A stretch of DNA of 64,000 nucleotides from Macrostomum lignano (GCA_002269645.1 NIVC01000083.1:62001-126000); one strand, 5' to 3'; positions 48,746-60,944 are shown, counted from the stretch's first letter. Notes: a model not told the origin generated them from the letters alone. Numbers and translations are program-made.

Positions 48746-49194
48746 TGGCGGTAGTGTTGGCTGATTTGGAATGAGCAGCTCACAAATATAAGAAGGGATC
48801 TGCAACACCGACACCTGCCATACCTGTGTGTTGTCACTATTTTAATATTCAATGTCGCGAGTTCCTAATGCAGCTGGAACTCTTTAGCAAAAGCGACTGG
48901 GATGTTCGCGCTATATTTAGATTATTTTTATTAATTTTTGCAACAGCCAAAGCAGACAAACTACATTAAATACCAGTATAAAGGAGCTGAACAAGAACAA
49001 AATATGGCAAAAAGAACGTGATGTACATATTTTACCTTATTGTGATTATAACGTTGACATTATTAGCTAACCAAACCGGTTTTATAGACAAATGTTTGCC
49101 ACTACTTTAATATTACACAATAGTTATTCATAGGTCTTGCATCTATCCAACATTGAAAAGTATGAGTCAATGAGAATAACAACGCTTTAGCCAA

Positions 49195-49400
49195 CATGTC
49201 TCGACGCATAGCAACGCCCTAGCAACGCTATAAGCTAGGCGCATAGCAACGCCCTAGCAACAGTATAAGCTAGGCGCATAGCAACGTCCTAGCAGCGTTA
49301 TAAGCTAGGCGCATAGCAACTCCTTAGCAACAGTATAAGCTAGACGCATAGCAACTCCCTAGCAACAGTATAAGATAGATTCATAGCAACTCCCTAGCAA
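49195..49400. repeat. ~34-bp minisatellite
   Basis: Unit GCATAGCAACGCCCTAGCAACAGTATAAGCTAGGC. Confidence 0.85.
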
Positions 49401-49497
49401 CAACGTATTCAGGCGCATAGAACACATAGTTAATCCATAAAATGCAAGCGTTGCTCGAATGTCTTGAATCGCCAGTGCGTGGGAAGACTGGCGCACA

Positions 49498-50198
49498 CTA
49501 ATTGGCTTTCAGCCGTTCGCGATCGGCGGCCAGTTTGTCCGAACTCGACGGCGCCGCCGATCCGGCCACCTCAATGTGAGCCAGCTGCTGCTGCGGCGCC
49601 AATAGCGCCAAGACAGCTGGCGCCAAAGTGGCGCGCTGTTGCGGCGCCAAATTAGCGGCATGACGCGACAACGCCTGGCGCAGCTCTGGCAAAATTCGAA
49701 ACGCATCGGCCAGCCGATCAGCTGGCAGACAGGTGAGCAGAACTCCGTAGCCGGCCGGTTTTAAACGGGCGCAACAGCGAACGAAGCCTTCCCAGAGAGC
49801 CGGAGAGTCCCGCAGCACGGACGGATGGCTGGCCAGGCTGGGCAGCAGAGACAGCACCAGCTGTGCCAGCCGGGGGTACATGGAGTGCGCCTGCATCATG
49901 CTCCGGAATAGCAGAGTTGGCAGCCGGCTATTGGACGGGTTGGCGAGCCGTTTCAGCGCCGAGGCCAGCGACTCCAGGGTGAGCGCCGGCGAGGTCGAAG
50001 CGAAGATCTGCTGACTGGCCTGGAGGCACTGGCGAAGCTGCACTGGTGGCGAGAACTCGGCCTCGTGAACGGCAACTAGAAGATCTTCGGGCGGCAGCGG
50101 GCCATCGGCTAGGAGGCGTTGAAGTCCCAGGCGGGCCAGCTTGTCTGGGGCGGCCAGTACCCGAGGCAGGGCGGCCAGGATCTCGTCGTTGGTCATGC
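49498..50198 (-). CDS. SYMPK: Symplekin, last exon (Symplekin C-terminal domain)
   Basis: EILAALPRVL, EDLLVAVH, PTLLFRSMMQAHSMYPRL, LWEGFVRCC. Acceptor ATGCAG; phase 1 matches the donor at 56242. Confidence 0.92.
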
Positions 50199-50224
50199 CT
50201 GCATGATAGGGGGATTTTACTAGC

Positions 50225-50910
50225 TAATTATGAGCGCTTTATGACTGCTTTATGACTAGAATATGACTACTGACTGGAATGCTACTGCTTTATGAATAGA
50301 ATGACTGTTATATGACCAGAAAATGACTGCTATATGACTAGAATACGACAGCTAAATGAGGACTAGAAAACGACCGCTTTATGACTAGAATATGACCGCC
50401 CTGACTATAAAATGACCGCCTTATGACCAGAATATGATGGCTTTATGACTAGAATATGACTGCTATATGACTATAATACTATAATGACCTACTCATGACT
50501 AGAATAGGAGTGCCTTATGACTAGAATGACTTATTCATGACTAGAATAGGAGTGCCTTATGACTAGAATGACTTATTCATGACTAGAATAGGAGTGCCTT
50601 ATGACTAGAATGACTTGTTCATGACTAGAATAGGAGTGCCTTATGCCTAGAATGACTTGTTCATGACTAGAATAGGAGTGCCTTATGACTAGAATGACTT
50701 GTTCATGACTATAATAGGACTGCCTTATGACTAGAATGACTTGTTAATGACTAGAATAGGAGTGCCTTATGACTAGAATGACTTGTTCATGACTAGAATA
50801 GGAGTGCCTTATGACTAGAATGACTTACTCATGACTAGAATACGTGCCTTATGACTAGAATGACTTACTCATGACTAGAATACGAGTGCCTTATGACTAG
50901 AATATGACTG
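50225..50910. repeat. ATGACTAGA-based minisatellite (~42-bp unit) in the symplekin intron
   Basis: Unit ATGACTAGAATAGGAGTGCCTTATGACTAGAATGACTTGTTC. Confidence 0.9.
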
Positions 50911-51533
50911 ATTAAAAAGGAATCCACGAGTCAAATCGATATTGAATGCTGATTATAAGCAACACATAAAAGACCCATCCGACCAAAACCCTCTTTACGA
51001 AAAAGTACAACGGAATAAATAAACGAAAACTTTCGACCCAATCTTGATAAGCTGAACTAAAATACATTTTCTAAGCCAAGTGTAGTTTCTCAACTTCGAT
51101 TTTTTGTGTTCTCTGAAATCTTGAGCTCGCTTAGAGCTTTGGCACACACAAGTTAATTTGCTACAAGAAGTAGAGAAGTAGAGAAGTAGAGAAGAATACA
51201 GTTGGCTTTTGGATTAGTCTTTGAAAATAAGATTTACACTGAACTTGAAACGACACGGGGGTTAATTATCCCATATTTTCCAGTCTAATTAGCTAATCAG
51301 GTTTTGAATCTTTTAAGGTAAGAATACTGAGCCTCAAAAGGAAGCAGACTAAAAGCCACGATTCGTTGATCATTAAATATGCAAATAGGTTAGCCTCCGA
51401 AGATGGTTAGGATATAGATGGTTCCTAAGGCTATTTTTAGTATAGTTTATTACAGGGTAATTCTTGATAGTTGCTAGTGCTATTCACAAAACGGTTGCTA
51501 GGGCTATTTTTAGCATGGTTGCTAAGGATATTT

Positions 51534-54500
51534 TGTTCGTTTTTTTGGGACGAGTAAGAAAATTGATCGAGTCTCAGCCTTTAGCTTAACTCTGCAGACG
51601 CTTGGTCTTTTCAATTATATTTTGGCAACTCTTTAAGCCACCGAATTGAACTGTATAAATGTCCATAGACATCAATAGGATTCTCAGCCGTTGACGGCTA
51701 CTAAGCAAAGTGCATTCTCTAATAAATAAAAGTTCATCACAGTGCTAACACTCCTTCCCATTAGTTAACAGCTAGGTAGGTACACCAAGCTTGCGGTACT
51801 CAAGTCGCCTTGGTACTTGCCGATGGCGATTACTTCTCCGAAGACCAGACTCTTGATCCGTGTGCACAGGTTCTTCAGTCTCCATCTCCACCAGGTCATC
51901 GGAACCGGAACTCCTTGGCTTTGTCTGTTCACGATGGTAGCGTCCACGCCTTCCGTCCTCCAGCTCAATGTCGACCACAACCTTTCCCTCTGTTGCCACC
52001 ACTTCGCCAGACTTCCACTTTGTCATCTCGTTGTTGTAGGTTTTCACCCAGACTGGCTCAGGTGCCAGAGAAAATGCAGGGGTGCGAAGTAGGTGACCTC
52101 TCATCAGCTCAGAGGGCGATTTTCCGGTCGTAGAATGTTTCGCGTTCCGGTATTGAAGCAGAAACCGCTCGACGCAACTCTGAAGGTCGTCTTCTTTAGC
52201 GGCTCGGACGTGATTTTTTAAATCTCTCACAAAGCGCTCGGCCAGTCCATTTGACCTTGGATGATACGGTGGTGTGAGAACATGTCGGCAGTTGATTCCT
52301 TTTAACCAACCTTGCATTTCTTTCGATACAAATTGAGGTCCATTGTCGGAAACAATAGTCACGGGCACGCCTTCTTGGGCGAACGTTCTTCGCAGTCGCT
52401 TGATTGTCTCAGATGAAGTGGTTCCCTTAGTCACGTGAACTTCAGCCCATTTACTGAACGCATCAATCAGTACCAACATGTAGTTTCCTCCCTTCATAGG
52501 CCCTGCGTAGTCCATGTGAACTCTTGACCAGCATTCGGTCTCATCTGGCCACGAAGTCCATTGTCGGGTGGCCCCATGATCCTTGTTTTCCTGGCACGAA
52601 CTACATCCTTTCGCATACTTTTCGATGTCTCGATCTACTTCAGGCCACCAGACGCATTGTCTAGCTATGGATTTCATCTTTTCTGGTCCGATGTGTCCTT
52701 CGTGCAGCAATCGCAAAGTTGCAGAACGCTCCTGCTTTGGTACATCCAGACGAATACCTCTGTACAGCAATCCATTCCCAATGACTAACTCGTCCCTGAA
52801 TCGGCTAAACTGTTGTAGTTCTCGAAGTCCTGCATTCCAGCCAAACTTGACTTGAGCGAATAACTTCCGGAGCTCTGAATCCTCTTTTGATTGTCTTCTC
52901 AAACGCTCCTTGTTGATTGGAAAATCTAGTAGGCAGTCCTGCACTGAGCTAATGTCAAACTGCTCCCCTTCAGACGTGCTGTTCTGCAGTCTTGACAGGG
53001 CATCGGCCACGGGAATCTCAGCAGATCTCTTGCACTCAATGGCGTATTCGTAGCTCATCAAAGTGATTGCCCAGCGTTGCACTCTCGCTGCAGCAACAGT
53101 TGACAAGGATCTGCCAGGATCAAAGATGAACTTTAACGGTTGGTGGTCTGTGCGAATGACGAACTTGTGTCCCAGCAAATACTTGTGTAAGCGCTTCACA
53201 GCCCATACAATGGCGAGGGCCTCGCGTTCAATTTGAGCATAGTTGCGCTCTGCTTGAGTTAGAGTCTTTGAAATGAATATTACGGGCCCAGACGACTGCT
53301 CGAAGACTGCACCAAGTCCCGATGGTGACGCGTCAGTAGTGAGAACGATCTTATCTGATGGATCAAAAGGCTTGAGAGCGACTGCATTGTGTAGTTCGTC
53401 CTTGATGCTCTGAAAGGCTCTCTGCTCGATTGGGCCCCATGCCCACTTCGTTCCTGACCTGGTCAGTTTCGTTAGAGGTTCTTTCAGGCTCGCGAGATTC
53501 TTGATACACCGTCCGTAGAAATCGACCATACCGATAAATGACTGCAGCTGCTTGAGATTCTTTGGCTCTTCTAATCCTGCAATCTCCTTGGCTTTCTTTG
53601 GTGGTGGACGAATGCCGTTTTCACTGATCTCATATCCCAGGAACATGATAGATGGCTTGTTAAAAGTGCATTTCTCCTCGTTAATGCTCAGTCCACTCTC
53701 CTTTAAAATTCGAAGCACATTGGACAGTCTGTTGTCATGACTCTGTTGGTTGAAACCCCACACAAGAATGTCATCTTGGTAGGAAATGACACCTTCTATG
53801 TTTAGAAGCAACCTGTCCATGAATGACTGAAAAGTTGCTGGTGCTTGCTTTACTCCATATGCCAATGCAGTGGGCCTGTATAAGCCGAACGGAGTGCTCC
53901 ACGTCAGCATCACGCTGCTGTCTTCATCCACCGGTACTTGGAGGTACGCATTTGATAGGTCCAACGTAGAGAATCGGCGGGCACGGCCTAGTTTTGACAG
54001 AACTTCGTCAATTGTGGGCGTTGTTGACACCATGTCTTTCAGCAGTGGGTTGAGGGTAACCTTGTAGTCACCACAAATCCGAACCTTTCCTGACTGCTTT
54101 CGAACACAGACAATGGGTGTAGCCCACTCGCTGGATTCCACCTTCTGGAGCTGTCCAGCCTCTTCCATTCTCTTCAACTCGGCCTTGACATCGTCCTGAA
54201 TCCCGTATGGAATTTGCCGAGGTTTAAAAAAGATGGGCTTTGCTCTCGCCTTAATGGCCAATGATACAGAAAATCTTTTTACAGAGCACGCCGTTGTAGG
54301 ATTCGAGCCGTCTTCCTCAGGCACCGTACATTTTGTAATAAAAATGTAGAGGTCTGGCTCAAGGGCAGCAATCCAATCTAGGCCATAGATAGATTCGGCT
54401 TTTGGGTTGTCCACCACAAACAGAGTTAGGTCGGAACTTACTGAGTTTAGCTTGGCGTTCACAATAGCTTCGCCTTTCACTAGCACTGGATCCCCTTGAT

Positions 54501-55771
54501 ACGCAGCGAATCGTCTGCTTGTGGGCCTTACATTTGCTGGTTCGAGTAGGCTTTGAAACACCGAGCTTGACACGAACGTTGAGCACGACCCGGTGTCCAG
54601 TAGCATCTTGATTTTCGTACCATTGACTACTACATGTCGCGTTATCCTTCTGCTTCCACGACCATCTTCCGGCGTCATCATCGAGAAAATGTGCCCAACT
54701 TGATCAGCTGCATCGTCGATTGCTCTGACTCTGCTCCTTGGATGCCGTCCGACTCCTTGTGACCATTTGTTGCTCGTTGAAGGCCGTTGTCCACCTTTGT
54801 TCGATCCGCACCTGCAAACTGCTTTGAGATGACCAACCTTACCACACTGAAGGCATGTCTTAGTCCGGTGGTGGCACTGGTCCTTTGTATGTCCTTCCTT
54901 GCCGCAGCAGAAGCACTTGACTTGGCGCGATTGGCCGTTCTTCTGATCGCTTTTTTGGTACGCTGGCTTCTCGGCTTTCGATGTCGAAGGAGGATCTGAC
55001 TTGACATGTAGAATTTCGCCTCCTGAGATTTGTCTCTCGCCGCGACTTACGGCCTCGCATGCATTGGCCACCGTAGTTACTTTTTCCCACGTCAGATCTT
55101 TCAGTTTCTCCGTGAGCAACTTTCTGACGATCTTGTTCGACAATCCGAAGATAAATTGGTCCCGCAGGCGGTCATTCAGTTCGGCGGTTGAAAAGCCGCA
55201 GTTCTCCGAACCCAGTCGCAGCCTTCTTGCGTAGGCAGAAACGTCTTCGCCGTCGTCCTGCTTGAGGTGATGGAACGCGTACCGGTATGCAATCTCGGAT
55301 TTCGCCGCTTTCGTCTCCTTGATCAGCTGAGTTTTCAGATCAGCGTAGGTCTTGGCGTCAGGCTTATCTGGCAATAGCGCGTCCGCCAACAGTGCGAAGG
55401 CCTTCTTGCCGAGGTGTGCGATGAGAGCGAACTTCTGAGCGGTGTCATCCCACTTGTTCAGCTTGGAAACTGCTTCGAAGCGTTGAAACCAGCGCTCAAT
55501 TTCCGCTGGGGCTTCTGTCTCCAGAGGCTCGATAAGACCAGCCGTCGTCGCCAGTGTTCGTTTTTTGGGACGAGTAAGAAAATTGATCGAGTCTCAGCCT
55601 TTAGCTTAACTCTGCAGACGCTTGGTCTTTTTCAATTATATTTTGGCAACTCTTTAAGCCACCGAATTGAACTGTACAAATGTCCATAGACATCAATAGG
55701 ATTCTCAGCCGTTGACGGCTACTAAGCAAAGTGCATTCTCTAATAAATAAAAGTTCATCACAGTGCTAACA
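51534..55771 (-). mobile_element. Full-length Ty3/Gypsy LTR retrotransposon (Mag-like), 4238 bp
   Basis: 217-bp LTRs at 51534-51750 and 55555-55771 (TG...CA). 5-bp TSD TATTT. PBS TGGCGACGA and PPT TGGGAAGGAG. Confidence 0.96.
51772..55554 (-). CDS. Single gag-pol ORF (1260 codons, no in-frame AUG at its 5' end)
   Basis: Two CCHC knuckles, protease LLDTGS, RT YQDD, RNase H TTDAS, integrase HHCC plus DDE. The frame is open 55 codons upstream of the track's start, back to CTG at 55554. Confidence 0.93.
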   Translation of the reverse strand: MATTAGLIEPLETEAPAEIERWFQRFEAVSKLNKWDDTAQKFALIAHLGKKAFALLADALLPDKPDAKTYADLKTQLIKETKAAKSEIAYRYAFHHLKQDDGEDVSAYARRLRLGSENCGFSTAELNDRLRDQFIFGLSNKIVRKLLTEKLKDLTWEKVTTVANACEAVSRGERQISGGEILHVKSDPPSTSKAEKPAYQKSDQKNGQSRQVKCFCCGKEGHTKDQCHHRTKTCLQCGKVGHLKAVCRCGSNKGGQRPSTSNKWSQGVGRHPRSRVRAIDDAADQVGHIFSMMTPEDGRGSRRITRHVVVNGTKIKMLLDTGSCSTFVSSSVFQSLLEPANVRPTSRRFAAYQGDPVLVKGEAIVNAKLNSVSSDLTLFVVDNPKAESIYGLDWIAALEPDLYIFITKCTVPEEDGSNPTTACSVKRFSVSLAIKARAKPIFFKPRQIPYGIQDDVKAELKRMEEAGQLQKVESSEWATPIVCVRKQSGKVRICGDYKVTLNPLLKDMVSTTPTIDEVLSKLGRARRFSTLDLSNAYLQVPVDEDSSVMLTWSTPFGLYRPTALAYGVKQAPATFQSFMDRLLLNIEGVISYQDDILVWGFNQQSHDNRLSNVLRILKESGLSINEEKCTFNKPSIMFLGYEISENGIRPPPKKAKEIAGLEEPKNLKQLQSFIGMVDFYGRCIKNLASLKEPLTKLTRSGTKWAWGPIEQRAFQSIKDELHNAVALKPFDPSDKIVLTTDASPSGLGAVFEQSSGPVIFISKTLTQAERNYAQIEREALAIVWAVKRLHKYLLGHKFVIRTDHQPLKFIFDPGRSLSTVAAARVQRWAITLMSYEYAIECKRSAEIPVADALSRLQNSTSEGEQFDISSVQDCLLDFPINKERLRRQSKEDSELRKLFAQVKFGWNAGLRELQQFSRFRDELVIGNGLLYRGIRLDVPKQERSATLRLLHEGHIGPEKMKSIARQCVWWPEVDRDIEKYAKGCSSCQENKDHGATRQWTSWPDETECWSRVHMDYAGPMKGGNYMLVLIDAFSKWAEVHVTKGTTSSETIKRLRRTFAQEGVPVTIVSDNGPQFVSKEMQGWLKGINCRHVLTPPYHPRSNGLAERFVRDLKNHVRAAKEDDLQSCVERFLLQYRNAKHSTTGKSPSELMRGHLLRTPAFSLAPEPVWVKTYNNEMTKWKSGEVVATEGKVVVDIELEDGRRGRYHREQTKPRSSGSDDLVEMETEEPVHTDQESGLRRSNRHRQVPRRLEYRKLGVPT

Positions 55772-56180
55772 TATTTAAAGGATGGTTGCTAAGGTGATTT
55801 TTACAGTGGTTGCTAGGGCAATTTTTAAGATGGTTGCTAAGGTGATTTTTAGGATGGTTGCTAGGGCGATTCTCAAGATGTTCGCTAGAGCGATTTTAAA
55901 GATGGTTGCTAAGGTGACTTTTTGGATGGTTGCTAAACTGATTTTAAGTTGGTTGCCAAGGAGATTTTAAGGGTGGTTGCTAAGGCTATTTCAGGATGGT
56001 TTTAGGGCGATTTTTAGGATGCTTGCTAGGGCGATTTTCAAGATGGCTGCTAAGGCGATTCTAAAAAGGATTGTAAGGTGATTTTTAGAATTGTTGCTAA
56101 GGCGATTCTCAAGATGGTTGCTGGGGCGATTCTCAAGACGTTCGTCGGTTAGGCGATTTTAAAGGTGGTTGCTAAGGTGA
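55772..56180. repeat. ~22-bp degenerate minisatellite (GGTTGCTAAGG...), continuous with 51400-51533 across the Gypsy insertion
   Basis: The same unit is visible on both sides of the TSDs. Confidence 0.85.
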
Positions 56181-56242
56181 TGTGGTTGCTATTGTACGCT
56201 CGTAATAATTAAATAAACTAGCAAATAATCCTGACTGCTCAC

Positions 56243-56609
56243 CTGGCAGCACGGCAACCAGCAAGCGGGCGTCGCCGCCGCCTCGACTACGCGACTGCCT
56301 GACGGCGTCGACCAGGCCGGGATCGGGCCGGCCGCTCGAAGCCAGCAGCTGCACCAGGCGGACCAGCATCGGCTCGGCACCGTCGGGACAGTCGCCGCGC
56401 ACCAGCCTGAGCAGCTCCGGCGACGCCTGGCCAACGCTGGCCGCCGGGCCTTCCAACAGGCGCAGCAGCAGGCGCTTCGATTGCGGCTCTTTTAGTCGAG
56501 CGAAGGCTGAGGCCAGCTGGCGGAGCAGGCTGTGCTCCAGCGGCAGCAGGCCCACGGCCAGGTGCAGGCAGCTGGCTCGGGCGTCGTCTGTCCATACGAC
56601 CGAGGGAGC
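56243..56609 (-). CDS. SYMPK: Symplekin exon
   Basis: WTDDARASCLHLAVGLLP...KRLLLRLLEGP...DARLLVAVLP; acceptor ATGCAG, donor GTGAGC. Confidence 0.9.
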
Positions 56610-56744
56610 CTGCATATCAAGTCGGGGTGGAACATTTCCTTGAGATTTAGTATTATTATTAAAAAATTTTGGAATTATTAAATAACGAGAGAATAAAATA
56701 TTATATATTTCACTTTCAAACTGGCATTCTTGGTTAGAAAGTCG

Positions 56745-57595
56745 CAAATTAGGATTAAGGAGTGGCACATTGGGATTAGGAAGTGGCACATTGGGATTAG
56801 GAAGTCGTACATTAGGATTAGGAACTGGCCCATTAGGATTGAGAAGTGGCACATTGGGATTAGGAAGTCGTACATTAGGATTAGGAACTGGCCCATTAGG
56901 ATTGAGAAGTGACACATTGGAATTAGGAAGCGGCACAATTGGAACTAGGAAGTGGCACATCTGGGATTAGGAAGTGGCACATTAGGATTAAGAAGTGGCA
57001 CATTGGGATTAGGAAGTGGCACATTGGGATTAAAAAGCGGCACATTGGGATTAAAAAGCGGCACATTGGGATTAGGAAGTGGCACATTAGGATTAGGAAG
57101 CGGCACATTGGGATTAGGAAGTGGCACATTGGGATTAAAAAGCGGCACATTGGGATTAGGAAGTGGCACATTAGGATTAGGAAGCGGCACATTGGGATTA
57201 GGAAGTGGCACATTGGGATTAGGAAGTGGCACAATTGGGATTAGGAAGTGGCACATTGGGATTAGGAAGTGGCACAATTGGGATTAAAAAGTGGCACATT
57301 AGGATTAGGAAGCGGCACATTGGGATTAGGAAGTGGCACATTAGGATTAGGAAGCGGCACATTGGGATTAGGAAGTGGCACATTGGGATTAGGAAGTGGC
57401 ACAATTGGGATTAAAAAGTGGCACATTGGGATTAAAAAGCGGCACATTGGGATTAGGAAGTGGCACATTGGGATTAGGAAGTGGCACAATTGGGATTAAA
57501 AAGTGGCACATTGGGATTAAAAAGCGGCACATTGGGATTAGGAAGTGGCACATTGGGATTAGGAAGTGGCACATTCGAATTAGGAAGTGGCACAA
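56745..57595. repeat. 21-bp intronic minisatellite
   Basis: Unit GGCACATTGGGATTAGGAAGT. Confidence 0.95.
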
Positions 57596-57647
57596 ACGAT
57601 TTTTAAACGGCCTGTCAAAATTTCAAGAATCAATCAATCAGCCAGAC

Positions 57648-58197
57648 CTGTCCGGGCAAACAAAACAGCTCGGCAGGCGGTGGCACCGTGGCCGCTGCCT
57701 CCTCAGCTGCAGCATCCTTGCCGCCGACATCGTCGACTCCATCGACGCTGCCAGCGCCAGCGGAGCCGCCGAACGCCGTCACCAGCAGTTCCAAGCGTTG
57801 CAAAGCGAAATCTCGTATCTCATCGTGCCTATCGTCGATGTACAGCTCCTTGACGATGTCGAGAGCCGGCGCGCGAAGGTCGGGTCGTTCGCCGCAGGCG
57901 GCAAACTGAAGCAGAGCGATGAGAAACCTGGGCTGCGGACGGCTTAGAGCCAGATCGCGCAACAGCTTCAAGCCCTGATCCGGCTGCCGCATGCAGTGAG
58001 TTCGCAGCTGTTCGAACGCCGAGTCGGTTACTAGGGGCGCTTCGGCCAGCAGCTTGGCAAAGTACAGCTCTTTGCTAGTTGGCAGCAATTGCAGACTGTT
58101 GCACAGGCTGCTCATTAATCTATCGTAGGACTCGTACGAGCCGAGCTTTACAGCGCTGCTACCGTCTGACGGCTGGGCAACCGTGTAGCCAAGGTAC
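57648..58197 (-). CDS. SYMPK: Symplekin exon
   Basis: YDRLMSSL...LYFAKLLAEAPLVT...GLKLLRDLALSRP; acceptor TCGCAG, donor GTCTGG. Confidence 0.87.
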
Positions 58198-58309
58198 CTG
58201 CGACAGGTGGGAATTAGCGTACCGTTAGTTGCTATGGAGCTGTATGATTTATGATGGCCAGCTAAAATCCGACATATCGACTAACGGAGAGTTTTGATAT
58301 CTCTGATAC

Positions 58310-58985
58310 ACGAGACTCACAGTACAGATGTCAGCTGACAGTCTCACCTGAAACACGGGACTGTCAGTACAGATGTCAGCTGACAGTCTCACCTGAAACA
58401 CGGGACTGTCAGTACAGATGTCAGCTGACAGTCTTACCTGAAACACGGGACTGTCAGTACAGATGTCAGCTGACAGTCTCACCTGAAACACGGGACTGTC
58501 AGTACAGATGTCAGCTGACAGTCTTACCTGAAACACGGGACTGTCAGTACAGATGTCAGCTGACAGTCTCACCTGAAACACGGGACTGTCAGTACAGGTG
58601 TCAGCTGACAGTCTCACCTGAAACACGGGACTGTCAGTACAGATGTCAGCTGACAGTCTCACCTGAAACACGGGACTGTCAGTACAGGTGTCAGCTGACA
58701 GTCTCACCTGAAACACGGGACTGTCAGTACAGATGTCAGCTGACAGTCTCACCTGAAACACGGGACTGTCATTACAGGTGTCAGCTGACAGTCTCACCTG
58801 AAACACGGGACTGTCAGTACAGATGTCAGCTGACAGTCTCACCTGAAACACGGGACTGTCAGTACAGATGTCAGCTGACAGTCTCACCTGAAACACGGGA
58901 CTGTCAGTACAGATGTCAGCTGACAGTCTCACCTGAAACACGGGACTGTCAGTGCAGATGTCAGCTGACAGTCCTATCTGACACA
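58310..58985. repeat. 45-bp intronic minisatellite
   Basis: Unit AGTACAGATGTCAGCTGACAGTCTCACCTGAAACACGGGACTGTC, about 14.5 copies. Confidence 0.96.
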
Positions 58986-59689
58986 CTGAGACTGATGGAG
59001 CCAAGGCACATAGAATACCACGACAAGCTCAAAAGATTTAAGCAAAGCTACACAGCTCAGATAACAATAAACATCTTAAGATCCAAACACAATGGTAAGT
59101 TGACTACTGATGTCCAGGACAGACAATCGGGGAAAATAAATGCCACGACTAGAGAGGATTAACCACGCGGATTATATTCCCGGGACTCAAAGGGGTTTCT
59201 TAAAGCATCAGAATCCCCTGCTGAGCCTCTGACCAGCTTGAGATGAGCTGTTTTTAGACATACCGTTACTACAGGTACCCTTAGTGTATTTGCCTTGATT
59301 TGGCTAACAAATTTCGTACAATCACACACCTGCCTGGCCTTAGGTTGTAACAGGTAGCGTGTGATCATTAATAATGTATATACTTGTAGGATAGAACAGC
59401 ACCTTTTTATTTCACGCAGATGGCACAAGTTCAGGAAGGCATGTAATTAGTCAGTAGTGATGATGCTAAGTCATAATTAGCGAGGAGATATGTAGATAAA
59501 CACGAAGACTACATTGCCTACATTTTTGCACCCATTCTTTTGCTTCACGCAAAAGTTTTCAAGTTAAAGAAAATGCTCGGCTAAATGGGAGCAGTTTTAA
59601 TAACCCCACACCCATTAGGCTATGAGAGCGAGCTTTAAAATGACACATGAAGAGCTGACTTAATGAACCATGAGGTCTGGCCTATGACC

Positions 59690-60325
59690 TCTGAGAGCTA
59701 GCTTAACGAGTTAATGACCCATGGCAAGCTTAATGACCCATAGAGAGCTTTTATGACCCATGGCAAGCTTAATGACCCATGGAGAGCTTTTATGACCCAT
59801 GGCAAGCTTAATGACCCATGGAGAGCTCAATGACACTTAAAGAGCTTGTATGACCCATGGAGAGCTTAATGACCCATAGAGAGCTTAATGACCCATGGAG
59901 AGCTAATGACCTATGAAGAGACTATAATGACCCATGGAGCTCAATGACCATGGAAAGCTAGTATGACCCATGGCAAGCTTAATGACCCATGGAGAGCTTG
60001 CATGACCCATGGCAAGCTTAATGACCCATGGAGAGCTTGCATGACCATGGCAAGCTTAATGACCCATAGAGAGCTTTTATGACCCATGGCAAGCTTAATG
60101 ACCCATGGAGAGCTTTTATGACCCATGGCAAGCTTAATGACCCATGGAGAGCTCAATGACACTTAAAGAGCTTGTATGACCCATGGAGAGCTCAATGACC
60201 CATGGAGAGCTTGCATGACCCATGGAGAGCTTGCATGACCCATGGAGAGCTTGCATGACCCATGGAGAGCTTGCATGACCCATGGAGAGCTCAATGACCC
60301 ATGGAAGTCTTAATGCCCCTTGCAG
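59690..60325. repeat. ~20-bp minisatellite with CCATGG/AAGCTT cores
   Basis: Unit ATGACCCATGGAGAGCTTRM and variants. Confidence 0.92.
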
Positions 60326-60383
60326 AGCTTAACGACAGACGAGAAGCTTAATAATGGAAAACGATGCCGCCGCTAAAACTCAC

Positions 60384-60907
60384 CTTGTATACTCGTGATA
60401 AAGCAGCATGACTAGCAGCTCCCAGCGCCTTCGAACATCCTCTACAACATAGTCGAACAACAGCTGGTACAGGTCGCCGCCAAACTGCGCAGTCAGACCA
60501 GACAACAGACGCTGCCTAACAATGGACAGGCCCGGATGCGAGGTCACGTGACCAGCCGGATATAACAATCGTTCGAAAGCCATTCTAGCTAACTGAGCTT
60601 GAGTCTCTTTAGTTAGCGGAGTAACAGCCTTGTGCAAGCTGAATTGCTGTCTGGGACGCGAGGGTGCTTGTTGGACCGGAATGGACATGGCGGTGTCCGG
60701 CCTTGGTAGGTTGGGAAAGGCCGGCTTCTGCTGCTGCAGAGCTGCCGAGGCCGTCGCCGTTTCAGCCGTGGTAGCAGAAGATCCAGCGGCAGTTGAAGCA
60801 GCGGCAGCAGCTGCTGTATTGGCGCGTTTAGCTGGCAACTTCGAGCCGTCTGGAGCGAGGCCGGCTGCTAATAGCTGTGCAGCTAACAGTCTGGACAGGT
60901 GACCGAT
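60384..60907 (-). CDS. SYMPK: Symplekin exon
   Basis: IGHLSRLLAAQLLAAGL...MAFERLL...LLFDYVVEDVRRRWELLVMLLYHEY; acceptor CACGTAG, donor GTGAGT. Confidence 0.9.
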
Positions 60908-60944
60908 CTACGTGGGATTATAGGCCGAGTAAGTGGGAGATTAG

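Noticed and set aside
44438-48852. Long ORFs (poly-Leu, poly-Arg, Ser/Pro extensin-like, and 415-463-aa LLGQP repeats)
   Set aside because: They are stop-free frames of micro/minisatellites, open in several frames at once, with no splice or domain support.
56172-57595. PNPNV/MCHFLIP/GLGSGT repeat ORFs
   Set aside because: Translations of the 21-bp intronic repeat. Only 56243-56609 is a real symplekin exon.
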